Origin: Eledone cirrhosa
Lineage: Eukaryota
Length of the DNA stretch: 64,000 nt
Reading direction: 5' to 3'
Assembly (NCBI GenBank): GCA_964016885.1
Contig: OZ024741.1
Coordinates: forward strand, 175,274,001-175,338,000
Within the stretch, counting starts at the first letter, position 1; each line of letters opens with the position of its first letter. A model generated the notes under the pieces. The model made no database searches. It worked only from the letters and a program-made list of their open reading frames with translations, and was not told where the DNA came from. The position numbers and the translations under genes were made by a program. This document shows positions 46,621 to 62,008 of the stretch, piece by piece.

Positions 46621-46999
46621 TTCCTCTATAGAAAAAATCGGTGTGTTCAGACCTGAAGAGGGTTGGGCTCCGCCAGGTTTAAAAGTGCCCTAGACAAGAC
46701 GTATGACAGTGCATTTACGACTACACAAGTAGTTATGGGATCTTTATCCTATCCTTATCCGCAATATATTGTCTTTCATAGATTAAATAATAGGATAGTA
46801 GGGCAACAATCATTCTTATACCAAGGTACACATCTCTCCAAAGATGATTTGAACTCACTACCATCACCTACCAATAGAGTATCAAATCTTTCAATGATAG
46901 TGCTGTTTACACTCGTGTGACCAGCTCTTTATGTAGACCTATCTACAACTAGATTGACTACTAGATCATTAGGGGTAGGTGGTGGGGATGGGAATGGTC

Positions 47000-47352
47000 A
47001 TCCGTTGGTTACGATGATGAGTGTTTCAATTGTTCGACCAATGAAACAGCTTCCTCGTGAAATTAACGCATAAGTGATTGAGAATTCATTCTACAGACAC
47101 GTGTACCCTTCACATAATTCTCGAGTGGATTCAGCATTACACATTGTATGACAAAACTTGCCTTTTGAATTACAAGAACAACCCATCCAACAAGCCTCAA
47201 AACAGGTTCTGTCAATCCAATTTCCCTCACAAGATGTGGCTCAATCCAAGGCTATGTTAAACGACACTGGCTCAAAATGCTACACAGTGGGATGGAATCC
47301 AAGTCTTAATGATTGCGAAGCGAACTTCTTAACCATTTAGCCATTATGCGCC
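47000..47352 (-). mobile_element. SINE family B (diverged)
   Basis: ccgttggttacgatgatgagtgtttcaattg...gaaattaacg...cacgtgtaccctt is similar to 24718-24830. Confidence 0.7.
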
Positions 47353-48074
47353 CACAAAGGGTTATTGTACATAATATTATGTATAGCATATGTTTCTATA
47401 GAGAAAATGTTTAAAAAAAGAATGATTTATAATGGAACCAATACCATGTAACTGAGGCCATCCTGTATATTAATAGAAGGCGATAACTAGAAAATGAATG
47501 CAATGAAATACACACAGCATAGACGCCTACACATATTTACCCCACACGCTGAAATATGGTTGCAACGGAAACAAAGAAAAATACTGAGACACAATGAAAG
47601 AAATACCACACATACACATACACACAGACGCACACATAAACACAAACACAAACACACACACGCACGCGCGGGCGTACTGAAATATGGTTGCAAATGAAAC
47701 AAAGAAAAAAAAATGAGGCTTGGAGAGAGAAAGAAGAATTTTCCGAAAGCACTCCATTCCATGAATTGGGGATAATATATTGTTTTCTTTAAATTATTAT
47801 ACAGTCTTCTAATGCCTCTAATAATAGGTAAAATGATAAAATCATAGAAATATGATATAATAGGATGCGATGATCCTTCTTGTTAACAGGCAACCAAAAA
47901 CATTGAATAATAGCAGTGGAACATGATAATAAATTGTGGAAATAATAGGAAATGTAATGTAAAGTCATAATGGTGTATCACGTTTTGAATGCATAACGAT
48001 CGCTTCTATTGCTATCTATTATTCTTTAATTCTTTCATTGGTTTCAAACATTTGACTTTGTACATCATGGGTAA

Positions 48075-50228
48075 GGCGCCATTTTCAGGAGTGGGAAGTG
48101 GATCACATCGATGTTATTACTTATGATCAGTCTGGTATCTTAATTACACCAAATATTGATATTTGGTGGGCACTATGCGGATTTTTAAACCTCCAAAAAG
48201 ACTCAATAATATCGGTAGGTAAGTCCTCCGGCGACCTGTTCAGCGGAACTAGCCTGGAAATTCTGGTCCAAATGACACCAGAACGAATAGCTAGGATCCC
48301 GGAACGTGTGCTGCTGTATGGGATTATATACATAAACATTTCGGTCGAGGGTAGGCGGCCCTCATGTTTCCACTGCTTAAGCAGGGGTCATCTGAGAGCT
48401 TCCTGTCCTCGGCTAACTAGCCAAAAAAGGCACTACTGCCAACACCTGCAATACCAGCACAACAATCACCACCACTACCACCACCACCACCACAACAACA
48501 ACAACATAAAAAAATAGTGACAACAAAACAAACGACAAACAGTCCCCCCCACCTAAAACAACTCCAGAAACACCCACACACATAACAGCTCCCCAAAATG
48601 TACCCCACCCCAACAACACGGATGAGGCCTCATCATCGTCACTGGGTGACGATGAGGGAGAGCCTTTCCGACCAGTAAAAAGAAAAAAGAAAAGACATAG
48701 CACAAACCAAAATGCAACAAACACACAAACACCAACACAAGCGAAGCAAACAGCACAAACAAAAACACCCACTCCTGAAAACAAAACACCTACTACAAAA
48801 CGCAAACACACACAAGAACCACAGACAAAAAGCAACCCAACACAACAGAAATGTTACACCTACATAAATACTAACAATAAAACTTTAACAGACACCATAT
48901 ATAAAAACCCTTCGGTGGAGACCGAAGGGAAAACCTTTACACACTCTTCGGAGAATCCTAATCTTAAAATGATTAGGACCTCTATGGACACACATAAACA
49001 GTTAAAAGGAAAATTTCCTAACGACGTAGGTAACCCCTGCGTCAAACCCTACAATCGAGTCCTGTTAATATGTTTCCCCACCCCCACCCCAGACACCCCC
49101 ATCCCACCAGACACCCCCTCCCCACCAAACATCTCCGTCCCCACCCCGCCAGAAACCACCACCCCACCAAACAACCCCTCCAACACCCCTATGGAAATCG
49201 TGCAGCCTGGTCCAGAGGAGACGAAGAGGTGAGTGATTTCTTTTCCTCTTCTTTTAACTTTTCAGCACCAACATGGCCAATATAAGAGTTGGATGTGTGA
49301 ATGTACGCGGCTTGGGGATGCCCTGGAAACAGGGCAAACTCTTAAACGACCCCAGGTCGCACAATATGGATGTAGTAGCCATTTGCGAGTCCAGGATCCA
49401 CAGCGAGCGACAACTGGCCCCCATCTTCGACAACTTTGAGATCTACGCATCTCTCTGTCAGCCGGGAGGTGGGGGAGGGGTTGCCGTTTTGCTGCGGAAA
49501 CACCTGGACCTCGTAACACAGACGGTACATCTGGACCCGGAGGGTCGACTGGTGGTCCTAGACGTTGACGGTAGTGAAGGTGGAGCCTTCAGGCTGGTGG
49601 TCGCATATACCCCATCCGGGACATCGCGGCCAGACTTCTTCAAACGTCTAGAGACTTTTCTGGGAACGTCCCGCTCCTTGCTGTTAGTGGGGGACTGGAA
49701 TGGAATCCTAGATGCACATTGGGACTATGTGGGAGCATGTCCCGATAGAAGAGGGTGTAACAGCCTCAAACAGTTAATCGGCCGATTTCAACTGGCCGAT
49801 AGATATCGACTAGGGTTGAGGTCAGACACCTTTCTCTCCGGCGAGCAACTGATTCGTTTTTTCAAATATCATTTTGGAAGAAGAATCAGGATGGAGAGAG
49901 AGGTGCTGTACCCCAGCAAATTTTATAAAAGGTGGGTGAATGTGGCAAAGATGGCCCGAGTGGTTGGGCTTACTCTCTATATAAGCCTGTAGGTTGAGGA
50001 AAAAGAGGAAGAGAGGAAGGGAGCACTCACTCTTGGTGCTCCTGGAGATGAGAGTTGTACATTTTTTTCGGGGTGTGTACAACCCCTGTGTAACGCCTCC
50101 ACCCTATTGGGGATTTCAATTGTTATTTCTTGTTTTATTAATAGTTTTATTTTCATATACCTGTATGTAAACTCCCCATTTGTATTTGTCCCCTTCTTTT
50201 GTACCCTCGTGGCTAATAAAGAAATTTA
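48075..50228 (+). mobile_element. Tx1/L1-group LINE, internally deleted (ORF1 + APE + ORF2 C-terminus + 3'UTR; RT missing)
   Basis: ORF1 zinc knuckle CFHCLSRGHLRASC; ORF2 APE motifs NVRGL, ICES, GGVAVL, EGRLV, GDWN, LADRYR joined directly to ...RIRMEREVL...F.KRW; AATAAA near 50215. Confidence 0.85.
49273..49992 (+). CDS. APE-like endonuclease fused in frame to the ORF2 C-terminus (deletion product)
   Basis: 239-aa ORF with APE motifs up to ~49810. Confidence 0.75.
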   Translation: MANIRVGCVNVRGLGMPWKQGKLLNDPRSHNMDVVAICESRIHSERQLAPIFDNFEIYASLCQPGGGGGVAVLLRKHLDLVTQTVHLDPEGRLVVLDVDGSEGGAFRLVVAYTPSGTSRPDFFKRLETFLGTSRSLLLVGDWNGILDAHWDYVGACPDRRGCNSLKQLIGRFQLADRYRLGLRSDTFLSGEQLIRFFKYHFGRRIRMEREVLYPSKFYKRWVNVAKMARVVGLTLYISL

Positions 50229-50589
50229 TCTTATCATATTGATTTTGTTTTATCAAATGGTTGCGCTTTACTTTTGACATAATGGGATTAACTCGAGACA
50301 CCGTCATACATTAGTATACACAACACAAACTTATTCCCTCGAACGGTATTTTAAAATGAAGGCCACATTGAACACTGTAATCTTAGGTATATAAAAATGC
50401 GAGTCAGCCATGGCTAGAACGTCTTGATCTTAGATCTGCTCTATTAGGACTGACTTGAAACTAAATAACACCGACATACATATAGATACACTGCGTAGGC
50501 CATAATTAGCTCACTAATGTATATAAAAAGGACACCATTGTGATGCTAAATATTATTCCAAAAGAGATATATAGTAAGTTTATATTCAT

Positions 50590-51464
50590 TATTTTCATGA
50601 ACAGGATTGACATGCGCAGTCGGGTTGGAAGTGGTATCACGACTGGCAGGTGTAGAATCAGTCGACTGGAATTTGCAGACGATATGGTGTTACTTAACTC
50701 GACAGAATGTGATCTCTAACTTGCACTCGATAGGTTTGATGCCGAGTGCTGCATGGCTGGAATAAAAACCAGTGCTGCGAAAGCTGAGACGTTTGTTCAC
50801 TCAAGGAAGCCTACACAGTCCATTCTACATGTGATTGGAGTTCCGCTGAAGCAGATAGAGAAGTTCAAGTATCTCGGGGGCCATGTTCAAGAGTGATGAA
50901 AGACAGGAGGCTGAATTAAATGCAAGACTTGTAGGAGCTGGTGCAGTAATACGCCAGCTTCAGCTTTCCGAAATCAGAAGAAGGGAGGTAGGCGTAAAAG
51001 CCAAACTCTCTATCTTCAATTCAGTATTCGTGCCAACTCTTACCTATGGTCATGAATCTTGGGTAATGACCGAAAGAACAGGATCGCTCCTTTTCCGAAT
51101 TGAGAGATCACAGCGCCGATACTATGGGCATTGGATTAGAATATCTCAGGAAAGAACCACTGGACATATGTCATAGGAAAAAAACCCAGCCGGCAATAGA
51201 CCCAGGTGTAGACACCGAGCACGATGGTTAGATAACACCCATGAGCATGGCTGGTCTCGCTTGGGGATCCAGCCGGATCAGTTGGGGAAGGTTGCTTCTG
51301 ATAGGTCCCGCTGGAAGGAGTGTTTGAGGACTCTGCCTCGATGACTCTGTCAGTAATAAGCGGATGAAGAAGAAGAAGACGAAGAAGAAGAAGAAGAAGA
51401 AGAAGAAGAAGAAGAAGAAGAAGAAGAAGAAGAAGAAGAAGAAGAAGAAGAAGAAGAAGAAGAA
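50590..51464 (+). mobile_element. RTE-clade LINE 3' fragment with (GAA)n tail
   Basis: LEFADDMVL, EKFKYLG, PTLTYGHESW, YYGHWIR, DRSRW; stops and deletions; (GAA)n at 51366-51463. Confidence 0.88.
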
Positions 51465-51639
51465 ATAAGTGTACAATGCGCTGTTTACAAGTATGGAATT
51501 ATGTTTATTTGTAATCAGTCTCTCTAATTGTAAGCAATCATATATATATATATATATAACCCTCTTCCTGCTATTTCAAGCGTTAACCTAATATATTCCT
51601 TCCATATACTGTACCGATTGTGTTGTTATTTCTGTTTAC

Positions 51640-52010
51640 AAACATACATACATACATGATGGCTACCCCCTCGTTATCGAGTATGGCCATTGCACGATAT
51701 ACCGTTATTAATAATTATTAATTAATTCTATCGTGCAATGCCTGTGCGTGAAGATATTTTTTTAAAGTGAGGAAAGACTGTGCACTGAGCCAATCCCACT
51801 CTCTGAGCGACAGTAGCTATAACCCGAAAAGAAGAAAAGATCAACATCATCGGTGACTACTGCGCTGCAGCTTTTATGTCGGAGTTATCCCAGTTTCCTG
51901 AGTTGCCTTCTCCTAGAAGTATGCCCTGACAAAGGCTAGGGGTCCTACACTCCCAGTGGTTTAACCGCGCGATCGAGTGTCCAGACCGACTATTTCTATG
52001 TCCCCGCGCA
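51640..52010 (-). mobile_element. Short RTE-derived bipartite SINE-like element
   Basis: Shares ccctagcctttgtc..tctaggagaagg...gatgttga...agagagtggga...gcacaggcattgc and the tail ggccatactcgataacgag-(ATGT)n with 30675-31250. Confidence 0.65.
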
Positions 52011-52089
52011 TATACACACACATGCCCCCATGTATATACACATATACATATACATATATATGTACATGTGTATATACATATTTACACAC

Positions 52090-52650
52090 TTTTGGATGGC
52101 CGTTGACTCTTATGAGTTCTTCCGCCCTTTGTCGGGTCACTCTTGTGTGCTACTGGTAACATGTAACCCAGTACAACCTGTCGCATGGTCGGGCCGTCGG
52201 CGACTAAACCGTCAACCCCACCAAGTTTACTTGGTAAGGAGGGTGATTTTGGACACCCTGCAGGACAAAAAACAAAACCTGACATACATACATACATATA
52301 TGGTGGCTGCCAACTCGTTTTCGAGTACGGCCACTACTTTATATCCATGTAGGAGAACCACTACCGATGCGCTGAACGAGTGTGACATTTTAGTCCAGCC
52401 AGCGACTTGAAAACTCTGGTACAAACACTACACCTGTGACAATTATTGACACATAGTGCTGGGACCATGGTACCATGTGATGACAAGTGCAGAGAGATCT
52501 CCAGATATAAAGCAATGCCTGTGCCGTGAAGCTTTTATAGTGAGCAAAGGCATGGCACAAAGCCAGTCCCACTCTCTTAACCAAGATGATATTTACCAAA
52601 AAGAACAAGTCAACATCATTGGATACCATCAGGGTTGCAGGTGTTACATA
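52090..52650. mobile_element. Rearranged copy of the bipartite RTE element
   Basis: 52090-52140 (-), 52170-52282 (+) and 52302-52647 (-) each match parts of 30675-31240. Confidence 0.75.
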
Positions 52651-52985
52651 CATACATACATACACACATACACACACACTACAACAATATGACCTCCCCA
52701 AGTAGTATAAGAATATATATATATCATAAAGTATGTCCAAAGAATCATATATATATATATATAAAATAAGTAGAATATGTAAAATTTGGCTTCGTTTATT
52801 ACAACTTATAGATAAACTGCTATATATTTTTCGGTGACAGCCATCATTGGCTGCGACCTATTCAGGCAGTCCGAATTGGTGTGGGAAAGACAGGTACACA
52901 TGTTGTTGAAGTGTGTTTTATTCCATAAATTCATCGATATGTCCAGCACCTGGCTGGTAGTGTTGTTATTTCTCTTAGGAACACA

Positions 52986-53068
<83 letters not shown>

Positions 53069-53157
53069 GTTCCGAAGAGGTTGTTTTGGTAAAAACAGGA
53101 GCAAGCAGGAGAAAGCTCTCAACATTCGTAGTTTGTAGTTACGATGGAGATTCAGTA

Positions 53158-53342
53158 TAATAATTGTTTCTACTTTAGGCACAAGGCCAGCAATAACCCA
53201 GTGCATTACTGGTACTTTATTTTATCGACCCCGTAAGGATGAAAGGCAAAGTTAACCTCGGCGGGATTTGAACTCAGACCATACAGGACCGTAATTCTAT
53301 GCTGCAAAGCATGGTGTCCGACGCTCTACCGATACTGCCAAT
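53158..53342 (-). mobile_element. SINE family A (young)
   Basis: Full body with A/B boxes. Confidence 0.85.
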
Positions 53343-53509
53343 GCTGATGTTACATAAATCACCTACTCATTATACTTATTTCAACGGTTCTCCCATGCAA
53401 TCATTAAACGATTTTTGTAACATCTGCATCTCTATTAATGTTATTATTATACACATATATATATACACACACACACACAAACACACATATATATATATAT
53501 ATGTATATA

Positions 53510-53581
<72 letters not shown>

Positions 53582-53744
53582 TATATATATAGTTGAAAAG
53601 GAAGTAAATTCTATTTAAATCAAAGGTTATAGGGAAAAAGTATGAATGGAAACATCACGGAAGTATATTGTAAAGAATCTTTTTTTTCTTCTTTAATCCA
53701 ACAAAGTGTTATTTAAAAAAAAAGGGTTTTATAAAATATATAAA

Positions 53745-53782
53745 ATACTACCGGTTTCGATGTAATTCATCTTATCAAGTAT
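53745..53782 (-). ncRNA. Minimal hammerhead, U3-A8 variant
   Basis: atac|TTGATAA|gatg aatta catc|GAAAC CG GTA|gtat. Confidence 0.7.
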
Positions 53783-53870
53783 AAAATATTTAAATTAAAA
53801 TTTAAAAATCAAATAAAGGTGTGTTCGTATTTCGTGTTGTGGGAATGACTGAATCACTTTAGAAAAAACC

Positions 53871-53903
<33 letters not shown>

Positions 53904-53907
<4 letters not shown>

Positions 53908-54232
53908 CGGAATAGAAAATGCTGACAAATTGTTCACAGTTGAAAAATGGTTTAATTAGGAATAAAAGAGTATTAGTGATTGTATGGGTTAGTATTCAGT
54001 TGTGGTTTTAAGTTTTTAAGTTTTTACCGGTTGCGCATTTCTAAATGCATTTCAAAAATAATTTTGAGATAGAGTGTCCGTTTAGAAATGCGCAACCGGT
54101 AAAAACTTAAAAACTTAAAACCACAACTGAATACTAACCCATACAATCACTAATACTCTTTTATTCCTAATTAAACCATTTTTCAACTGTGAACAATTTG
54201 TCAGCATTTTCTATTCCGTAATATATATATAT
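53904..54232. repeat. Inverted repeat (~140-bp arms) of a PLE terminus between TA tracts
   Basis: 53904-54045 is the reverse complement of 54081-54222. Confidence 0.9.
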
Positions 54233-54667
54233 AATTTTACTGAGTGACTGTTTTGGTGCTCTTCGACATATTAAATTATTTAAACACTTTTGTATCTTAT
54301 ATCTCTGTTAAAATTTTTAAACAAAATATACATCATTATATTTATAAAATCTTGGGTTGTGGATTGGCAGTATCAGTAGTGCGTCAGACAAAATGCTTTG
54401 TGGTATTTAATTATGACATTCTACAGTCTGATTTCAAATCCCGCCGAGGTCAACTATATATATATATATATATGATCAGAGCAAACAGCACGGACACTCT
54501 ATCTCAAAATTATTTTTGAAAAGCATTTAGAAATGCGCAACCGGTAAAAACTTAAAAACTTAAAACCACAACTGAATACTAACCCATACAATCACTAATA
54601 CTCTTTTATTCCTAATTAAACCATTTTTCAACTGTGAACAATCTGTCACCATTTTCTATTCCGTTTA

Positions 54668-54705
<38 letters not shown>

Positions 54706-55108
54706 TAAACGGAATAGAAAATAACAGGTGGCATGTTCTGGTGTAAATTCTTGAAAGGTTTATTTTACTATGATCATTTCAATGTCCGGGTTTAGTATGA
54801 ATCCGGTGACATCATCAGGTAATTCAAAATATAACGAAGGAATATATCAGATAAAAATCTTTGGTGTTTAAATCAGAGACAAGAGAACGGCCGGTATTTT
54901 AGCGACTTGTATCTACGTCAACCGCCCTCCAGTGCTGATATTTGGGTTAAGGTACTACCTTATGGTGTGGGGGCGTAAGCCTTTAATGTACTACCACCAT
55001 TCCGCCAGATGGAAGTGCCAGCGCTGAGGTCACGCGTCAATCAGGCTGGTCAGGCATGCTCGATATTGCCGCGAAATATGTTTTTTCAAGGACAAACAGA
55101 CATTAATG

Positions 55109-55491
55109 TAATAATTGTTTCTACTTTTTGGCACAAGGCCAGCAATTATCCAGTACATTACTGGTACTTTATTTTATCGACCTCGTAAGGATGAAAGGCA
55201 AAGTTAACCTCGGCGGGATTTGAACTCAGAATGGCAAGTGCCGTAACTCTATGCGTCAAAGCATGGCGTCCAACCCTCTACCGATACTGCCAATTCACGT
55301 AATAATTGTTTCTACTTTAGGCACAAGGCCAGCAATTACCCAGTGCATTACTGGTACTTTATTTTATCGCCCCCGTAAGGATGAAAGGCAAAGTCAACCT
55401 CGGTGGGATTTGAACTCAGATCGTAAAGGGACGTAACTATGCTGGAAAGCATGGCGTCCGACCCTCTACCGATACTGCCAATCCACCGCCC
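55109..55491 (-). mobile_element. Two tandem SINE family A copies
   Basis: 55109-55293 and ~55300-55491; the second is flanked by a 14-bp TSD attcacgtaataat. Confidence 0.85.
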
Positions 55492-57340
55492 TATTCACGT
55501 AATAATGAACAACGGAACTGACTCCAGTGTACAGCTATCGCCAGCATTGTACTAACTAACCTTACACCTTTCGGTTTTTGTATGCTTTGAGCTTTGTCTA
55601 CCACCTACCTAGTCCACCGCTGCTCCCATGTCGGGAATATCCAGAATATGACAGACCTGACTGATTCCTCTAAATATTTCTATGTATTTTAATATTGCGT
55701 GTATTGTATTGACTGATTTCTCTATCCTATACTTCAGGGCATTTGTGATCCACGTTGAATATTAAGACTCGAACATACACCAGGTATCACCTGATACCAC
55801 TACTTCTCTTCCATCCTCTATATCTATATGTATAACCCTGAATGCCCCTAGATCTTTCTTATATTTCCCCTGTGTTTATATTTCCCCTGTGCTTATATCT
55901 CCCCTGTGTTTTGATTTCCTAGATATGTTCTCTGTACTTCTGTTTTACTCCATGCATCACCACCCTAGTTATGGCTGCATTTTTTCATTTATGTATTTTT
56001 ATTCTTTAATTTCTTTTATTGTTTTATTTATTTACGCATTCGGAATGTTGCTTTTTTATGGTGTATTTTGCGTATTATTCCTTTTACTTATGTATGTACT
56101 TACTCGCTCTATTCCCAGTACATAACTACCACTGTGACCTCTATGTACCCATACATCTGTTTCCTTATTCTTTCCCCATACCCACCCTAGAACCACACTA
56201 ATACAACCTGGAATAACTGGGGACGTGACATAGGCTATTTGCGCATTTCATCGCGTTTTACCACTCTCAACCTCACACCACAGGTGTGAATAAATATTAA
56301 TTGTCTGGTAACACGCGATGATACGACGGATGTGGCGGATCTCCTGACTGCGCGCCGCCGGCCAATTGGGCGTTTTAGCCTTCCTTGAGTGCTTGGAAAA
56401 ATAAATTTCTCCTTCTTTCGATAAACGAAATTACTCGGAACTCTCCTTCGTCACGGGGCTATGCCGGACCAGGGAAACGACACGCCGCTGCCATTGACCG
56501 CCAAATAATACCCTTATCTTCTAGGTCTAGTCATAACCATTAACTGTATCATGCATCCCCCCCTACTAGCACTTAACTATACCCCCACACTGTGTGATAT
56601 AATAGCAACCGCTTGGTATATACGATGGCCAGCCGGCGATGGAGGTCGCGTTGACACAACTGACGCCTAACACAGCTACATTCCTGGAGTGTCGGACAGA
56701 CTAATTTCTATTTCTTTCGCTAGATGATATTACTCGGAACAGCTGGCGGGTGGATGGCGCGGGACCACTAGTCGTCACTGGTTATTGACCACTAGCACGG
56801 GCATATTTTTACTATTTTTACTATATATACCACTCTGACAATTTATCGTGACTATATATATCACACATAAGCTTCTTCATAAAAGCCTCCTTATGTTAAT
56901 TGTCACCTTCTCTCTATATTAATTACACACACTCTATATTACTCACTCTCTCTGTCAATCTCTCTGTTTTTCATTCTCCTACAATCTCTCTCTGTTTTAC
57001 TCTCTCTGTCACTTTCTATCTCTCTTTCTTCACATACACTCTCTCCCTTTTTAATCTTAATGTCTGTTTGTGCTTGAAAAAACATATTTCGCGGCAATAT
57101 CGAGCATGCCTGACCAGCCTGATTGACGCGTAACCTCTGCGCTGGCACTTCCATCTGGCGGAATGGTGGTAGTACATTAAAGGCTTACGCCCCCACACCA
57201 TAAGGTAGTACCTTAACCCAAATATCAGCACTTGAGGGCGGTTGGCGTAGATACAAGTCGCTAAAATACCGGCCGTCCGCTTGTCTCTGATTAAAACACC
57301 AAAGATTTTTATCTGATATATTCCTTCGTTATATTTTGAA

Positions 57341-57398
57341 TTACCTGATGATGTCACCGGATTCATACTGAACCCGGTCATTGAAATGATCATAGTAA
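57341..57398 (+). ncRNA. Type-I hammerhead (mirror copy on the minus strand at ~54765-54822)
   Basis: ttac|CTGATGA|tgtcaccgg...ccggtcatt|GAAAT GATC ATA|gtaa. Confidence 0.7.
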
Positions 57399-57699
57399 AA
57401 TAAACCTTTCAAGGATTTACACCAGAAAATGCCTCCTGTTATTTTGTAATAATCTACTCTGTACTCGCACCACCAACTACACAAACGAAGACGAGTGGTT
57501 GCATTACATTGAGTGCTTTCCTTATTATTACATCGGGGCTAACCACACAGAATGACCGGTTCTATCCAGTGGTGAACCAACAAACGCAAATAAAGAAATA
57601 AAGAAATATATATATATATATATTTATTATACAACTAATATATATATATATATATATATTTATTTATTATCCAACTAAAATATATATATATATATATAT

Positions 57700-59744
<2,045 letters not shown>

Positions 59745-59835
59745 ATAATAATAAATTTGAAGACTAAATCCAAAGAGGGCTCGATAAGGATAAATATATA
59801 TCAAATATATATCCATATATATAAACTTTAATCTG

Positions 59836-59903
<68 letters not shown>

Positions 59904-60119
59904 AAAAAAAGATGAAATCGAAAATGCAACTGGAGTCTTATTTAAAAAAAATATATATATTTTTTTAAAAATAAGATTCCAGTTGCATTTTCGATTTCAT
60001 CTTTTTTTCTTTATACTTTCACTCGTGTAGGACACCTCGGTTATTTTTCATTCTGTAAAAAAAAAACTCACTTTCTAATATATATATATATATATATGTA
60101 GGAGGTGAGTTTTATTGTA

Positions 60120-61938
60120 GCACAATAAAGGAATGCAAATATAGGATAAGTAGCACTCAAATACGACATCAAACGTAACTTCGTTGAATATTCATAATAC
60201 CAATCTAAATCAGGAAACTATTATTCCTATCGTAAATAACTTCTCCAATCCAATTCCTCCTATAAATAACACTAGGTCACTTGTTAATAACTCTGTTAAT
60301 TTCTCTAATCGCAATTGTAATTGCCCTGTTAAAACTAAATGTCCTCTCAATAACCATTGTCTTGAAAAAAAAACTTAGTCCATGAATGTAAAGTTATAAC
60401 TGATACCAATTCTTTACCTATTTCGGTTCCACTTCCCACCTCCTTCAAAGTGAGATTTTATAATCACAATTCTTCTTTTAGATACCAACTTAAAAGAACT
60501 AAACGGCACTCTCAGAACTCATATGGTCCTTGAAAGACAACAATATTAACTATAACATCTCTTGGAGGAAAGTTTGTTCTGCCTCTTCCTACTTGAATGC
60601 CTCCCTATCAAGAACGTGTAATCTTTGCCTATCTGAGAAATTTACCATTATATATAATTTAGATTCTATAATAAATAGACGCACTGATTTATTTTCTTTC
60701 TGTTTGCATAAATTCCACAGAACATTCCATAAAGTATACAGTTAAAAATATACCCATCTTTCTACCTTATTTCAATATTATTTATTATACATTATATAAT
60801 ACTAGTTACTCATTCTATATCATTCCTCTTTATCACTTTCCTTTCTTCCTCTTTTCTTTTTTCTTTTTAATTTCTAACCTCTAATCTGTACTTTTTCTTC
60901 CTAACTACTTCTCAATTCTTATTATTACTCACCACAACATATCCACTCTTCCATCTTTCTTCATATCATAGGCCATAAAAATTATTATTACCTTTTAAAT
61001 ACATTATAGTATTACCTTTAATAATCCTTCGTAAACATAAACATTTTTTGACGTTAGATTTTTCCTCCTTAAGTTCCTTATTTCTTCCTTTCATGTTCGT
61101 TTGACTTTTACATATTACATATTACAATACATAAAAACAAACTTAAACCCTAACTAATCTCCTTTATTATATTATATTATTACTATTAGAAAATATTTCG
61201 TAAACATATATATTTTGATGTTAGATTTTTTTCTTCCTTAAACATTATTTTCTTCTTTGCTTTCTGCGCTCATTTGTAAACAAACTCTTTACATATATCA
61301 CGCATACATATTACATTACATAAAAACAAACTTAAACACTAACTAATTCCTCTAAATTCATAACTCATCCACTCTTCTACTTCTTTTCACATTATATCTT
61401 TAATAACATTAATATTTTTATTTTAATAATTCATATTAACAATTTCTTTTCCTCGCACATATTATTAAACCCTTCAATATACAAACCTTAATTTAATATT
61501 ATTCTTAACCCCATTTTTCTCTTCATCAACTTTTAATTTCAAATTCTTTTAAATTATCTATTATCTTCCAACGGCTTTTTAACTTCTCTCTGTGAGGCAA
61601 TATATATTTTTCTCAGTTGTAAAGGCTATCTCTCTCTCTCTATCACCCATCTCTCCTCCTCTCTCCTCCTTCCTTCTTATACTCCTCCCCCACCATTCTT
61701 CATCTCCTCCTCTTTCTCACCCTTCCAGCCCCCTCACTTTTTCCCAATATCACACATCAATCTTAAATTATTTTTCATATGTTGATTTAAAACTTCACTA
61801 TTCACAAGTGTTTTTTAAGCTTCATATCATGTATCCCTATTTTATCTGATGAAAACGCAGATGTCATCTCATGATGATATTTGTTTTTGAAATGCGCATA
61901 ATAAAATACTTGGAACTCTTTTAACCATCTTTTGATCT

Positions 61939-61945
<7 letters not shown>
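60120..61945 (+). mobile_element. Hydra-type PLE E: endonuclease + pyrimidine-rich 3'UTR
   Basis: CNCPVKTKCPLNNHC, RFYNHNSSF, TALSELIWSLK..NISW..CNLCLSEK..NRRTDLFSFCLH; HHR near the end; (TA)n on both sides. Confidence 0.82.
61838..61908 (+). ncRNA. Intact type-I hammerhead ribozyme
   Basis: tattttat|CTGATGA|16-bp stem II (one mismatch)|GAAAT GCGC ATA|ataaaata, with a perfect 8-bp stem I. Confidence 0.85.

Positions 61946-62008
<63 letters not shown>

Larger units (their letters stand above)
54718..57606 (+). mobile_element. 5'-truncated PLE 3' region with a 389-bp inverted pLTR
   Basis: 54718-55106 is the reverse complement of 57057-57445; both arms carry an HHR; ends in (TA)n; two SINEs inserted at the junction. 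Confidence 0.75.

Noticed and set aside
52140-52215. HDV-like or twister ribozyme in the RTE-derived 5' region
   Set aside because: Could not build a complete double pseudoknot or find the twister core by eye.
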